Shown: piece after piece, positions 43,350 through 58,703 of the stretch
Layout of the letters: each line of letters begins with the position of its first letter
Numbering within the stretch: the first letter of the stretch is position 1
Origin: Eledone cirrhosa
Lineage: Eukaryota
NCBI GenBank assembly: GCA_964016885.1
Contig: OZ024742.1
Span: forward strand, 60,264,001-60,328,000
Reading direction: 5' to 3'
DNA: 64,000 bases
Notes under the pieces: model-generated
What the model saw: only the letters and a program-made list of their open reading frames with translations
Database searches by the model: none
Told to the model about the DNA's origin: nothing
Program-made: the position numbers and the translations under genes

Positions 43350-43569
43350 AGGAACGATAGACTTTCGTCAAATCGGACCGAGGGAACAATGTTTCCGTTG
43401 GTCTTTCCAATTGCTAATACTATCTATCGCTCGCAACTCCAGGTAGAAGAAGCAACGTGAAATAAAGTGTCTTGCTCAAGGACATAACGCATCGCCTGCT
43501 CCAGGAATCGAACTCACAACCTGAACGATTGCGAATCCAATTCTCTAACCACTCAGCCACACGCCTTCA
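43350..43569 (-). mobile_element. tRNA/CORE SINE
   Basis: A box TGGCTGAGTGG, B box GAGTTCGATTCC, and CCTTGAGCAAGACACTT. Confidence 0.85.
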
Positions 43570-43598
43570 CTATATACATATATATATATATGCATATA

Positions 43599-43636
<38 letters not shown>

Positions 43637-44924
43637 CATATATACTATATATATATATATATATATTATATATATGTACTATATATATATATGTGTGTGT
43701 GTGTATCTGTGTGTGTGTGTGTGGGTGTGTGTGCGGCGGTGTAATTGTTGACGGTATCCCGAAAGGGATCGGGAAATAACCTCTTTTAAGGTACTCAATA
43801 CGTTGTAGAGAATAAACACATTATATAACAATAACATCTAGAGGCCTAGAAATCATTTGATCACATGAAGTTACCATTTGATGTGTACGTGTTTGTATGT
43901 GTTTAGGAGTGTATGAGTGATTGTGAGTGCGTGCCCGTGTGTGTGTGTGCGACAATATTGTCTAATGTGGTGTTGCTTATATTTATTGTTATACTTATTT
44001 AGCCCCAGGTCAGATCCTTCATTTCTCTGGTGTCCCAACTACTACAATATAATCGTAATTTATTTGACATATTATATCGACGATTTCATTATCAAATGTG
44101 TCCTTATATTATTGTGTCAAGCATGTGTTTCAATACGTGACAATGTAATATTGATATATTACTTCCATGGTATATATCCTCGACTGTATATTCTAATGTG
44201 ATCTCTATCTTCCTGTTGTTCTTAATTAGCCCTAGGTCAGGACTTTTCAACGCGCAGATATTCCAACGCTGAAATTCCAATATTGATTTCTTTTACGAGT
44301 AACAGTATGTAAGTATGATTACATAATCTATTTCTTTTTCTTTGGTCACCGTAAGAAAGGTAATAAAGACACTAAATCGCTAGGGTTTATTGAGAAGAGA
44401 AGAAAACATAACAGAGCGAACATCATTCAAGGAGAGGGTTGATGACGATTGATCTCGCTTTTGATGTCTGGCAAATTTTAGTGGTCTGGAAAGCAAGAAG
44501 CCGGTAGAAAATTTCATAGGGGAGATGTGCGAGGTACGTAACTATCCTATACGGTAAACTCTCTTAAATGAACAAGTTTTCCTGTTGTGGCCATCCAATA
44601 TTGTTTCATTGCCGCCATATTATATCTGTGAATATTATCTAATATGGCAATCGATGTTGTTTGTGCGGTTGTTTAGCGCCAGCCAAGCTGATTTGGTCGA
44701 ATAGGTGTTCAAACCTAGGCATGCTAATCTTCTTTTATTAGTCATAAATATTTACAGAGTATATTATTTGAGCTTACTTTTGTTAGTTGTTGCTATTGTT
44801 GTTGTATTTGTTCTTCGATTTCGTCTGATATATCCTATGTTGTAAGACACAATTTCAAATGTGCATTGAGAGTATGTAATATGGTGAACTAAATAGTTAT
44901 GTGCGTGTGTAAATTAAAACCAAA

Positions 44925-44985
<61 letters not shown>

Positions 44986-45002
44986 AAGTTTGGTTTTAAT
45001 TT

Positions 45003-45049
<47 letters not shown>

Positions 45050-45051
<2 letters not shown>

Positions 45052-45228
45052 TAAAAGGAGTTCCAACTTTGTCTGATTTACTCGTTTTATTTACAACCCT
45101 TTACAATTTGTAATGGTATTAGAATGAAATAGAATGGTAGAATATTAAATGTTAAGTACTTTCATGCTTTCGCAATCTTCAGGTTCTGTGGTGACAGTCA
45201 AGTTTGCAATTTTCAACTGTGAAAATTG
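45050..45228 (-). mobile_element. Short HHR element (ribozyme core 45154-45186, stem I arm deleted); sister copy at 50355-50530
   Basis: Minus strand CTGAAGA-TTGC-GAAA-GCAT-GAAA-GTAC-TT. Confidence 0.75.
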
Positions 45229-45229
45229 C

Positions 45230-45280
<51 letters not shown>

Positions 45281-45282
<2 letters not shown>

Positions 45283-46502
45283 CCTGGTTGGTTGAATCAA
45301 AAGATTTTCTCTGACTTTCATTGGAAACATGTATCTCCATGTTTTATCATTAATTTGATCAAATTTGTTGTCCAACAGTTGCTGAATTGTTTATTCTTTA
45401 TTTGCATATATAACATATAAACTTTAATTTTTTATTCTTTATTTTACAGCTGTGATATTGAATGTTGAAAAATTGCAATTAGAGCCATTTATCGTAAACT
45501 GTGAGTGTAAGGTCAGAGGCAAAAGAAATCAATGATGCGGAAATTCGAGGAACTGTCAACGAACATGTCGCAGAGAACTGGTTCACGTGGATCAAGAAAG
45601 ATGGCACCAAAGTCGAAGGTAAACAAAGGTCAGGGAGAATATCTATTGTGGAAGATGACGATTAGCTTAAAATAGCTTAAAACAGCTTAAAACAGCCAAG
45701 CACAAGAACTCGTACATTGTAGGGAGAACTTGCTCCTATAAAAGGCAGCATCAATCGACACTTCCATAAGCTCGGCCTTGTGAATTGGCGGTGTCGACAA
45801 GTTCCTCGTGAACTATCCAGGCTCAACCACGTGTGAATTTGCAAATATTTGCTAGTAAATCTTCGGGATGCCAGACTTTGGCGGCGAATTTTATCTGAGG
45901 ATGAAAAATGGATCTACTTTCGTTCCAGTCAGGCTTGTATAGAGAAGGTTATGTTGTGTGTTTGGTGGAATTCCGATGTGGAGAAGGGTTAGTTTGGGTA
46001 TCTCCCACATGGTCATGCACTAAACACTAACCTTTATGCTTAACACAAGCAGTGAGTATATGATGCTTCGAATGCCCACTGCCCGGCCTTTGTCAATCGA
46101 AGACGCGGACACCTAGAGCAGGACAATGCTCCAGCCTACACTGCCAATGCGTCACGTTCAAACCTGGGGGACTTGAGTGGCTAGAAATGCTGCCTCAACC
46201 TACCCACATTCAAGATCTTGCACCATTAGATTATCACCCTTTCCGAGCCATTGCTCATTCTCTGTGCGGACGGAACGGAGGTTCAACAATGTGAATGAAG
46301 TTGAAATCAGGTGCAGAGAGTTGTTTGCCTTTAGACCAGTCAAATGTTATAAGTGTGGAATTGAACTTCTGGAATAATGATAACAAGAGATAATAGATGA
46401 AGCTGAGATATATTTTGATAAATAAACGCTTTTCATATGTACATTGTTTGAATAATTAATTAAAGCTTGAAATAGGAAAATAATTTTTACTCAACCTCGC
46501 AT
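45281..46502 (+). mobile_element. Decayed mariner (DD34D-type) transposon
   Basis: Diverged TIRs GGTTGAATCAAAAGATTTTC / GAAAATAATTTTTACTCAACC; transposase remnants QVPREL, EDEKWIYF, KVMLCVWWN, QDNAPAYTA and DLAPLDYH; ~1.2 kb. Confidence 0.85.
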
Positions 46503-47299
46503 ATACATGTGTGTGTGTGTGTGCGTGTGTGTAGTATAGTAGCGAATACTATGGAATAGCATATTATAGTATACTAAATATATCTCGAAACTCCATGTTT
46601 CATATCTAACTAATGTTAAGCCATCCACGAACAACGAATATCCAATCCATTACTAAACCCAGCTCCCAACATACGAGTAATGTTTCTAATGTACTGTGTG
46701 CCAAGAATTAACAAGCACAAACTACATGATTTCGTAGCTGTTTTCGTTAAATGTGCCTAGAAGGGGAAAGAAAATAAGCCGAGAATCTACGGGGCTTGAC
46801 TAACAATAAAATATAAATAAAAGTGTATAGTTTGCATAATACAAATCGTAATATCTGAATGCGTTGAGAAATTTGTTTCAGGCATACACGATTTCCTAAT
46901 ACTCCCATGAAACGTTTCAGCCAATATCAAGAACAACCAATACTTAGACCATTCTGAAGATGGGTTGTGAAGATTTTGAAATGTGAATACACACATAGAT
47001 TTATGGGCAGCATTCATCCGAACGAAGTATACAGAATTAATAAGGAAATACGAAAAAAAAAAAAAAAAAAAAAAAAAAATTCGATGTTTTGCCTTCCTAT
47101 CTCAGAGCTGATTACAATGAAATTCATGTATGCTTTCAGAGATGAGATTTTCCATTTTTCTATTATTTCGTTTTCAAGTTTTGCAGCTACATTAGGTTTA
47201 GACAAAGCATTCCATTTTGGAGTTTTAATGGAATGAATTTTATGTGGTGCAAGAAGTCGGAATTTGCATTTACTAACAACTATTCGATGATCAAAACCA

Positions 47300-49030
47300 A
47301 CCCCTCTGTGCTTGATAATCATGGATGCTGTTGCAAATCCTCCCCATAACATTCTTGTCTTCAGAACCACACTCAATAACTGCAGCTCACTCCAATGCCT
47401 TACAGTCAAGGTTACGGACATACAAACAAAACAGCATCGCAGAAGTAAGAAATAATAAAAAAGGAGCCGTATTGACGTTTATAGACTTTCGAAAAGCTTT
47501 TGATAGCATTGACCGTGAATATTTGAGATTCTAATTCCCTACCGTTAATGGAATCAGCATTATATTTTGCGAGGAAGAGGGCAAAATAATCAATATTCTA
47601 CGCAACTTCTTCGACAATTCAAACGTATGGATACAACAAATTATCAGGTAAAAAGAATTGGAGAGTCACAACGCCAATATCAAGATTTCTGTTGAGGTTT
47701 AATCCTTGGATGAATTTAAAAGTGTCATCAATCAGATGAAAAACAATAAGGCACCAAGTTCAGATGGGTTCCCCCTAGAATTCAGGAAACTTAAAAAAAA
47801 AAAAATGTTACTACACTTCTTTAAGGAGAATGGGATATTTCCTCGATAGAACCTATTCCCAAGATCTTAGGAAACCAGATAACTATCTTGGAATAAGTCT
47901 GACACTGGTGGCTCCCAAGATTTATAATCGCCTTATCTTGATCAAGCGTCTACCAGAAATCGAAAAGATGCTAGACACGAACCGATTTAGATTATCTATA
48001 TGTACATCACCACATATCATGGCCCTCTGACGTCTAATCGAAGAAATAAGAAATCATCAATAAGGAGCCTTGTTAAGTTTTATAGACTTTCGAAATGCTT
48101 TTGATAGTACTAACCGTGAATATATGTTTGAGATTCTACTTGCCTACTGTTTCCTCTCAAACTCGTTAATGGAATCAGGATCATGTACGAAAACAATCAC
48201 GTTATGGTACTTCAAAACGAGCCTCTCACACCGAAGTTATTTGATTATGCACTACGTGTTGCATCGTACCTGACTATGCACTAACGATTCGGATGGCTTT
48301 ACAAGAGTAGAAGAATGAGATGTCCCTCTCATCACCTAACATATATGGAATTCGCTGATGACATTGCCTTATGTACAGATTCAATTTGTAATCAGTGGAT
48401 CACTTACACATCCTAGAATTTTCTACTCAATATGGGACTAATCCTAAATATCAACGAAAACCATCAACATGACCATTAACTCAGATCAAGTAACAGACAT
48501 CAAATGATTAAGCAATACTACTCTAGAAAAGTAGACAATTTCAAATACTTTGAAGCATACTTCACCTCGAAAAATGATATTAATAACAGGATGGCAACAT
48601 TGTTGTGAAATATAACATAACCACTAAAACAAAAGTTAGATTATTCAGGGCTACTGAGGAATCAATCTTAATGTATTCATCTGAATCACGGTCGATACAA
48701 TACCTATCACCAAAACCTTAGCTGGTTGATACGTACGAATACCAAGACGGTTAAAAAACATTAAATTACTTGACCATGTTACAAACAAAATTCTCCACGG
48801 CAATCTTCCAACCATTCAAAATACCATCTGTATCACGCGTCTTCAACTTGCAGGGCATGTCCGTCCTGGGAGGCCACTTTTACTATGGGAGCCCACTAAT
48901 GTGAAACGCAAACGGAGAAGACCTCTAGAGACACTAAAGAGTGACATTGAGGAAGATACAGAACCCTCCACTGAAGAACTGAGGCAGTTCACACAAAGGA
49001 GGGCTTGAATTTATTATTATTATTATTATT
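47300..49030 (+). mobile_element. Decayed RTE/RTE-X LINE with internal partial duplication and (TAT)n tail
   Basis: IDFRKAFDSIDRE twice (~47480, ~48080), KAPSSDGFP, EFADDIA, VDNFKYF, LFRAT.ESILMY and RLQLAGHV. Confidence 0.8.
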
Positions 49031-49032
49031 AC

Positions 49033-49093
<61 letters not shown>

Positions 49094-49094
49094 T

Positions 49095-49240
49095 ACGGCC
49101 CATTACGGTCTGAGTTCAAATCCCGCCGATGTTAACTTTGCCTTTCATCCTTACGGGGTTGATAAAATAAAGCACCAGTAACGTACTAGGGTCGATTTAA
49201 TTGACTTTCCCCTCCCCACAGTGCCTATACTAGAAATCCT
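49095..49240 (+). mobile_element. Meta-type SINE, 5'-truncated, after (TAG)n
   Basis: GAGTTCAAATCCC...GCCTTTCATCCTTACGGGGTTGATAAAAT. Confidence 0.85.
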
Positions 49241-49534
49241 TATTAGTAGCATTAGTAGTAGCAATAATATTAGTAGAAAATATTCTTCGAAAATGATCAA
49301 CGTAATGTAGAGTCATGTTTTACAATTAAGAAAAGGGTTTAAAAGAGTAACAGAAGGAATAACAGATACACAATATATAAGTAGAGAATGTACTTATTAT
49401 TTCTTATGGAAATGGCTATTACAGGACTAAAACTGCTTCATTTGTTTGAAATCATAATAGGCGAATAACCATGGACATTTCTGCTTATTTCAAATGAATG
49501 AAACACTCCTAGTCATGTAAAAATGAATACACTG

Positions 49535-49607
<73 letters not shown>

Positions 49608-49666
49608 TATATATATATTATAAAATAACAGGAGGCTGGACAGGTGTAATTCCTTAAAGGTTTATT

Positions 49667-49724
49667 ATACTATGAGCATTTCAATGACCGGGTTCAGTAT
49701 GAATCCTGTGACATCATCAGGTAT
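49667..49724 (-). ncRNA. Type I minimal hammerhead ribozyme (in a ~49620-49822 element within (TA)n)
   Basis: Minus strand ATAC-CTGATGA-long imperfect stem II-GAAA-TGCTCA-TA-GTAT. Confidence 0.7.
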
Positions 49725-49848
49725 TCGAAATTAAGTAAAGGAATATAATCCATGGGGCTGAAAAGGCAGAGAGACAAGAAGGCTGCCACACATTTAGCAG
49801 TTTCTAGTTCGGTCGGCCGCCATATATATATATATATAGATTGAGTAA

Positions 49849-49910
<62 letters not shown>

Positions 49911-50458
49911 AATGAATAAACACACAAACTATTTCTCTGTCGCTCTCGTCTCTCACACACGCATACAATACTACGGGCACATCCGGAATTCGAACAAAGC
50001 TTCGGGATATAAATTCCCAACTTGTAAGATGAAATGTCTCTAATGAACATCTGACAATTCCAGAAGGAGTCGGATAAGAAAAGAAGGCAGACAGGCGGTT
50101 TGCGCCATACCTACCATCCTGTTGATAGTTCCACAAAGAATCAAATTTAGTCACCTGATTCGAATGTCAATTAAATAACCAATGCCCTGCGACCCTGTAA
50201 CAACATTGGAATACCACATTAACTGTGGATTAACAGAATTGTAGACACACTCCACAATTAGTCACAGTACGACACCACTGCAAACCTGACGTCATGTTAT
50301 ATATATATATATATATAAATATACACGGGTGTATATGATTATATTAATACAAGGAATTCCAACTGTGTCTGATTTACTCGTTTTATTTACAATCCTTTAA
50401 AATTATAATGATATTATAATGAAATAGTATGGTAGAATATTAAATGTTAAATGTTAAT

Positions 50459-50497
50459 TGAACAAGTACTTTCATGCTTTCGCAATCTTCAGGTTCA
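50459..50497 (-). ncRNA. Intact minimal type I hammerhead ribozyme
   Basis: Minus strand TGAAC-CTGAAGA-TTGC(GAAA)GCAT-GAAA-GTAC-TT-GTTCA; 5-bp stem I, palindromic stem III. Confidence 0.85.
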
Positions 50498-50623
50498 TAT
50501 TCTGTGGTGACAGTCAAGTTTGCTATTTTCATATCTATATATATAGGTGTGTGTGTGTGTGTATATAATAACAGTACATTAAAGGAATACATTAGTTTAA
50601 CGCTTGAAATAGCAGAAAAAGAG

Positions 50624-50658
50624 TCTTAAAATTTCCGACACTAGTCCTTCATCAGAGC
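50624..50658 (-). ncRNA. Degenerate minimal hammerhead ribozyme
   Basis: Minus strand CT-CTGATGA-AGGAC-TAGT-GTCG-GAAA-TTTTA-AG. Confidence 0.5.
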
Positions 50659-50773
50659 TAGAAATAGAAGGTAAATAGAAAGTAAAGAGTGATGAGAGGA
50701 AGGAACGGGTAAGATGATAAAGAAATTGAGGAGAAAATAAACGTGCCTATTCAGTCGACCACCATTATATATA

Positions 50774-51102
50774 CAGTTGTTCTCCGGCATTCGCGGGGGT
50801 TACATTCCTAGAGCATACGCGTGGAAAACCGCGAATATCGGACGTGGTCCATAAAAATGCCTATAAAGATAAAAATATAACGTAAAATATAAAAAAAAGG
50901 AGCGCCTTATGCGAAGGGGCGCCAATAGGCCGGCAAATACGGAATATTGTTATTAATAATTTAGTGTTAAAAATATATATATTGCCCGAAAAAAGAAGAT
51001 ATTTACGTTTCTGCGAATATACGTTATCCACGAACAATTATTAGTTAGGTTCTAAGGAAAGTTCCGCGAATAATCGGAACAGCGAATGCCGGCAGTACAC
51101 TG
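50774..51102. mobile_element. Tc1/mariner-pogo (Tigger-like) MITE
   Basis: TIRs CAGTTGTTCTCCGGCATTCGC / GCGAATGCCGGCAGTACACTG; TA on both flanks. Confidence 0.85.
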
Positions 51103-51358
51103 TATATGTGTTTGTGTGTGTGTACATATATAGGATATATATATATTTATTTAACTGTTAGTCAAACAAAGATAAACATTGATTGCCAGTTAAATTAACT
51201 ATAGGGATATAAAATATACAGAAGCGAACTCAAACCAAAACCAAACAGTGAGTGTGTTTTATTATATATTTCTGACAATATTATAACATGACTCTTCCCA
51301 AATATAACAATATATAGAAATGTATATGTGTTTGTGTGAATATATATATATATATTTA

Positions 51359-51390
<32 letters not shown>

Positions 51391-51724
51391 AATATTTATA
51401 CTTATATATACATTATATATAATTATAAACCAGAAAGGTCAGTAATTCATTACCACCTTATTACCAGTAACAAAAATAGGTGAATGTAAATACATGAGAG
51501 GTTTTACATGTCGCATCCACTGATACTGACCACATTATCTTCCCTCTTTAAATATGACATTGTTAATGACAACACTAACATCAACGTATCTTTACAATTG
51601 TTCTGTGGAATAGGAGGCTAATTATATGTCTAAACTTTGCTACTGCTCCGATGATTCCAAACTTTCGTTTGGAAGAAACGATTGTCAGCAATACAATGTT
51701 TTGAACATAGTTTTGATTATTCTG

Positions 51725-51768
<44 letters not shown>

Positions 51769-51799
51769 GTATATATATACATATTTTTACTTTCCCACG

Positions 51800-51874
<75 letters not shown>

Positions 51875-51909
51875 GTATATATATATATACATATGTATAT
51901 ATATATATT

Positions 51910-54900
51910 CTTTTACTCGTTTACTCTTTTACCTGTTTCAGCCATCCGGCTGAGGCCTTGCTGGGGCACCGCCCTTGTTGCTACACATTTTATCTCCAGC
52001 TTGTATAGGTTGGCCACCTGGTGTAAGAGGGAGTTTGTTGCTGCTGCCCTTAGGTTTCCCTCGTGTCTTGCTGTGGGTTCATCCGGGATCCTGGATAACA
52101 AGGTGTCGAGATGTTTCTTGAAGACATGCACCTCCACGTCATGCAAGTCTCTCAGATCCCTCGGCAGCCTGTTGAAGAGTTGAATCCCAGGCTATTGCAA
52201 TACCTGCTCCGTATTCTAGATGTGGAAGACGGGACCTTTGGCACCACACAGTGACGTCCTGTTCGACGGTTGGTCCAGCTCCCAATGCCAAAGGTTGGTG
52301 CTAGTCCCTCCAGGATTTTCCACATGTAGATCACTGCGTATCTCTCCCGTCTTCGCTCCAAGGAGTAGAGGTTCAGTTCCTTTAGCCTCTCCCAGTAGCT
52401 TGTCTCCCTCATCTTGGCAATCCTCTTGGTGTAGCTTCGCTGGATTGCCTCAAGCTCCGTGGTTAGTTTGACACTATGGGGTGACCACAACTGGGAGCAG
52501 TAGTCCAGGCGGCTTAGGACAGATGTCCTCCATAGTGTCAACATGGTGTCTCGATTTCTTGTCCGGAAAGTCCTCAAGATCCAGCCAGCGAGTCGTCTGC
52601 ACATTGTCGCCACTTTCATGATGTGTGAAGAAAAAGATGCATCATCGCCCATGTCTAGGCCCAGGTCTCGTATCGATTTTGACACGGGGATATCAGTCCG
52701 TCCTGGTCCTGTGTAGTTGTGTTCCACTATATTTGTGTTTGCAGGTTTGTTTGGAGGTTTGTATTGTAGGGCTTGGAATTTGCCAGCAATAAACTGCATG
52801 TTTTTTTCTTCCGCCCATTTGTATATGGCATCCAGATCCTGCTGTAAAAGGGCAGCATCAGCCGGGTTTTTGATTTCCTGTGCTACCTTAGTGTCATCAG
52901 CATAGCTAGTGAGGTATGTTGTTGTATGTACTACAGAGGGCATGTCTGAGAGAGCCACCAAAAACAGTAGTGGTCTCAGGACTGTTCCCTGGCGCACCCC
53001 ACTTGTTATTGGTGTTTCCTTTGAGAGGGCCCCATTTGCTGCGACTGCCTGGCTTCTGTCCCACAGGAAGCCATGCAGCCACTCACCTACTTTTCCAGTT
53101 ATTCCGAGTCCGTGTAGTTTGTGACATATCATTCCGTGGTCGACCTTGTCAAAGGCCTTCGCAAAGTCAAGATACATCACGTCCACATGTGAGCTGTCTA
53201 GTAGTTGTCTCAGTACCCAGTTGTAGTGATGTAGCAGCTGTGTAAGGCAGCTTCTTCCTGGGCGGAAGCCATGTTGCGTGCTAGTCAGGCGGTCATTTTC
53301 CTCGAGGAAAGTGATCAGTTTCTTTCTGACGACTCGCTCCATGACCTTACTGATATGCGACGTCAGGGAGACTGGACTATAGTTTTGGCCTCCGCTCTGC
53401 TACCTCCTTTAAGGATAGGGCATATTGTGCCTTCTTTCAGCTCCCTGGGTAGTACACCGCTAGCCAAGGAGCTTCTGAAGAGCATCTTCAGTGGAGTTGC
53501 TAAGGCCCGCTTACATATTTTTAAGAGAACTGCTGGGAATCCATCAGGTCCAGCAGTCGAGTCTGTTCTAATTTCATCAATGGCGTACACCACATCCTCC
53601 TCCGTTATGTCTATGTGGTTGATGGTTGCCATTTCTTCATGTAGTGTTGTGGCATCAAAGAACTCCTCTGGCTTCGTTATTTGCATGTGCGTCAGTGGAC
53701 ATGTGAACACACTTTTGTACCGTTCGTTCAGTATTTCACATATCTCTTGGGGGTTTTCGGTTAATGAACTGTCCGTATGGAAGAGTGGCCCAATCTTGCA
53801 GTGTACTGAGGCAGTTTCTTTTGCAAATTTAAAGAAGGCCTTAGGGTTTGTTTTAATGTTTTCTATGGTCGTGTTCTCTTTCTTTGCCCTCTCATTCTCA
53901 TGGGAAAGTTTGAGTGCAATCTTGGTGTCAAGTAGTGCACGTTTCAAATAGGATTCCTTCTTGTTTTTGTTTTGTTGACTATTCAACTGGTTTGAGAGTT
54001 TAGTTCTACGTCTCATAAGGATTTTCCTATCTCTGGGAATAAGATTTTTGTGTCTGTTTGCCTCTTTCTCCGGGACAGACTTTTTGCATATAGTGTGTAT
54101 CGTTGTCATGAAGTGTTGAAATTGTGTGTTAGTGTCTTGTGTGGCGGTGTTTTCACTCCATGTTTGCTTCCGGATTTTTCTCTTAATCTTTTTCCAGTTA
54201 GCCTTGGAGAAGTTAAGGCTGAATAGCGTCTCGGAGCTTCTTGGTGGTTTTGTCTCTGTTGGTTGTCTTGAAACACATATCATTAGCTCTACTAAGTTAT
54301 GATCCGAGAGAATTGTTGGTGTCACCTTTACATTGTGGATGAGCACTTCGTTGTTTGTAAAACAGAGGTCCAGGACATTTTCGCCTCTTGTTGGTAGGAG
54401 TATTGCTTGCTCCATGAACAGCCTGTGTGTGAGGGCCAGCAGGGATTCCGTCTGTCTCTGTTCTATTGACGTCATTCCAGGGAGGAGGTGGCCTCAGGCC
54501 ATTTGACCTTTGGTAGGTTGAAGTCTCCCAGCAGTAGGATGTTGAGACCCTGGTACAGTTTGTCAAGGACCTCTTCTATCCTACTTAAACTATCCTCAAA
54601 TTTACCCTCATGACAGGGGGCATCGGGCGGCCGATATGTGACACATATTACTGTCTGTAGTTGCTTCATATGTATTATCAGTGTGTCACAGACTGAGTTT
54701 GAATGTGTCAACAGTACAATTGGTGTGACATCTTCACGGATATACAGAGCAACCCCACCATGAGTTCTCTCCTTCCTGTCCGAACGAAATACAGTATATT
54801 TCGGTATATGTATTTCTGCATCTGCTATACTGCTTGTCGTTTCGGTTAGTGCCATGCATAGTGCTTGATTGCTTATGGCTAAGTCTCCCAGGTAGGAAAT

Positions 54901-55020
54901 TTTACTCATGTTACTGAGTTTCACCAGGCCTCTGACATTCAGCAGCAGCACTGGTGTGGCTTTTGGGGTGCCAGTAATGGCTGTCGGTATGACACTTGGT
55001 CTGGTGTCAGGGGCGGCCAC
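51910..55020 (-). mobile_element. LINE family A with near-complete ORF2 (APE endonuclease + RT), frameshifted, with 3' tail; 5' end abuts (TA)n
   Basis: LNVRGL, ALTET, RSDR...GGVALYI, YRPPD, GDFNLP, LDLCFTN, SDHNLV, YLDFAKAFDKVDH and YADDTK; tail of GTAAAAGA-like repeats. Confidence 0.93.
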
Positions 55021-56391
<1,371 letters not shown>

Positions 56392-56393
<2 letters not shown>

Positions 56394-56492
56394 ACTTTGA
56401 ATAACTTTGAAATGTTTTGGCCAGTATTGGCCCAGGCCATGTCTAACTTAATAGCACTACCTGGCGAAGTCTTTCAATTCAGGATTTGGGCA
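56392..56492 (-). mobile_element. 100-bp 3' end of LINE family B
   Basis: Near-identical reverse complement of 37766-37866; tail abuts (TA)n. Confidence 0.92.
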
Positions 56493-56499
56493 TATATTT

Positions 56500-57457
56500 A
56501 TTTATTAAAATAACAGATTAAAGTTTAAGCAAAGAATCGCTGCTTTCACCCTTAACGAGATCTTCTGAAACTAACAAAGTCAATCTGTAAACGCAGAACT
56601 GGATATTTCAAAAAACGTTGCAACCGTACGTATGGTGGGTGTGTGTATATGTGTACTTCTTGTTTTAGTTGACTTACGTCTCCGGACATTCGTGTATTTA
56701 TATGTAGGTATGCGTGTGCGCTTGTTATATACGTTTATATAATTATTTATTTATTTGTACACAAGCATACACACACACACATATTTATATGTGCGTGGTT
56801 TTGTATACCCATGGTAAGGTTTTGCGTATGCTTGTGTATGTACGTATCTGTTTGCGTGTATGTATTTATTTGTTTCTATTACTTCTGTATTGTATTTATT
56901 TACTTTGTTCTTAACTCTGTAGCGGAGATTCATTTGGTCTCCTAGTTAGAATTTTAGTCTACGATTTCTGCTATACCATTTACGTGGTTTTGTCTTTGCG
57001 TGCTATTGTTCTCCACGCTCCACATATGACTTATTATATCTTCGTTTTTTCGTTCATTGCCAGAGAACGTCTCTATGCACCACCTAAGAGAACATTAGTC
57101 TACGACCTCTTTTATACCATAAACGTGGTTTTGTCTTTGCGCGTAATTGTTTTTCACCGCTCCTATTAATGACGTATTGTTCGTTTTTTCCCGTTCTTTG
57201 CCAGCGAACGTTACCACGAACCAAAGAATCGTCTTCCTGTCTTCCTCCGGTTGCAACGTTTTTTGAAATATCCAGTTCTGCGTTTACAGATTGACTTTGT
57301 TAGTTTCAGAAGATCCCGTTAAGGGTGAAAGAAGCGATTCTTTGCTTAAACTTTAATCTGTTATTTTAATAAATATTTGCTCTACGGTTCTTATATATTT
57401 GATATATATTTTCCTTATCGAGCCTTCTTTGGATTTTAGTCTTCAATTTTATTATTA

Positions 57458-57461
<4 letters not shown>
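56500..57461 (+). mobile_element. Non-coding PLE-type element with inverted 5' arm and an internal ~141-bp tandem duplication
   Basis: 56500-56626 is the reverse complement of 57248-57374; duplicated units start at 56954 and 57095; HHR-like CAGAAGA-TCCC-GTTAA-GGGT-GAAA. Confidence 0.7.
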
Positions 57462-57537
<76 letters not shown>

Positions 57538-57703
57538 TATACATATATACATACATATGTATATATATATATACATATGTATATATATATATTCATATAT
57601 ATATATATATTTATACATATGTATATGTATATATACATATATATATACATATATATATATACATATATACATACATATGTATATATATATATATATACAT
57701 ATG

Positions 57704-57737
<34 letters not shown>

Positions 57738-57829
57738 CATATATATGTATATATATATATATACATATATACATACATATGTATATATATATATATATAC
57801 ATATGTATATATATATATACATATATATG

Positions 57830-57861
<32 letters not shown>

Positions 57862-57882
57862 CATATGTATATGTATATATAC

Positions 57883-57950
<68 letters not shown>

Positions 57951-58017
57951 GTATATGTATATATATATACATATGTATATGTATATATATATACATATAT
58001 ATATACATATGCATATG

Positions 58018-58053
<36 letters not shown>

Positions 58054-58090
58054 CATATATATATGTATATACATATGTATATATATATAC

Positions 58091-58121
<31 letters not shown>

Positions 58122-58133
58122 CATATGTATATG

Positions 58134-58167
<34 letters not shown>

Positions 58168-58217
58168 CATACATATGTATATGTATATATATATACATAT
58201 ATATATATATACATATG

Positions 58218-58267
<50 letters not shown>
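57462..58267. repeat. Interrupted (TA)n tract
   Basis: Direct reading. Confidence 0.95.
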
Positions 58268-58391
58268 AAGACAAACATAGAATATTCGAAAATATTCTGT
58301 ATGTTTATAATAAACATTTTGAAGACCCAATCGCTATAGAATAGAATACGTCACGTATTACAATTTGAGATTCTCAATAAAAGCAAGGGAA

Positions 58392-58434
58392 GTAATCTAC
58401 GCGTTTCATTCTTATTAGAAATTATCAGGATTAC
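58392..58434 (-). ncRNA. Hammerhead copy with core mutation CUGAUAA (G8A)
   Basis: T at 58423 instead of C. Confidence 0.85.
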
Positions 58435-58703
58435 ATATCCAATGCTTTTATCGAGAACGACACAGCTAGAGACTTATAGAATACTTAGCTGTGTACAGGA
58501 ACTGGTTTCAAAGAGCGGTAGCCGGTCCGGCAGAAATTAGAATTTGGATTTAATACTCTGAAATAGCGATATATATGTGAAGACAAACATAGAATATTCA
58601 AAAATATTCTGTATGTTTATAATAAACATTTTGAAGACCCAATCGCTATAGAATAGAATACGTCACGTATTACAATTTGAGATTCTCGATAAAAGCAAGG
58701 GAA

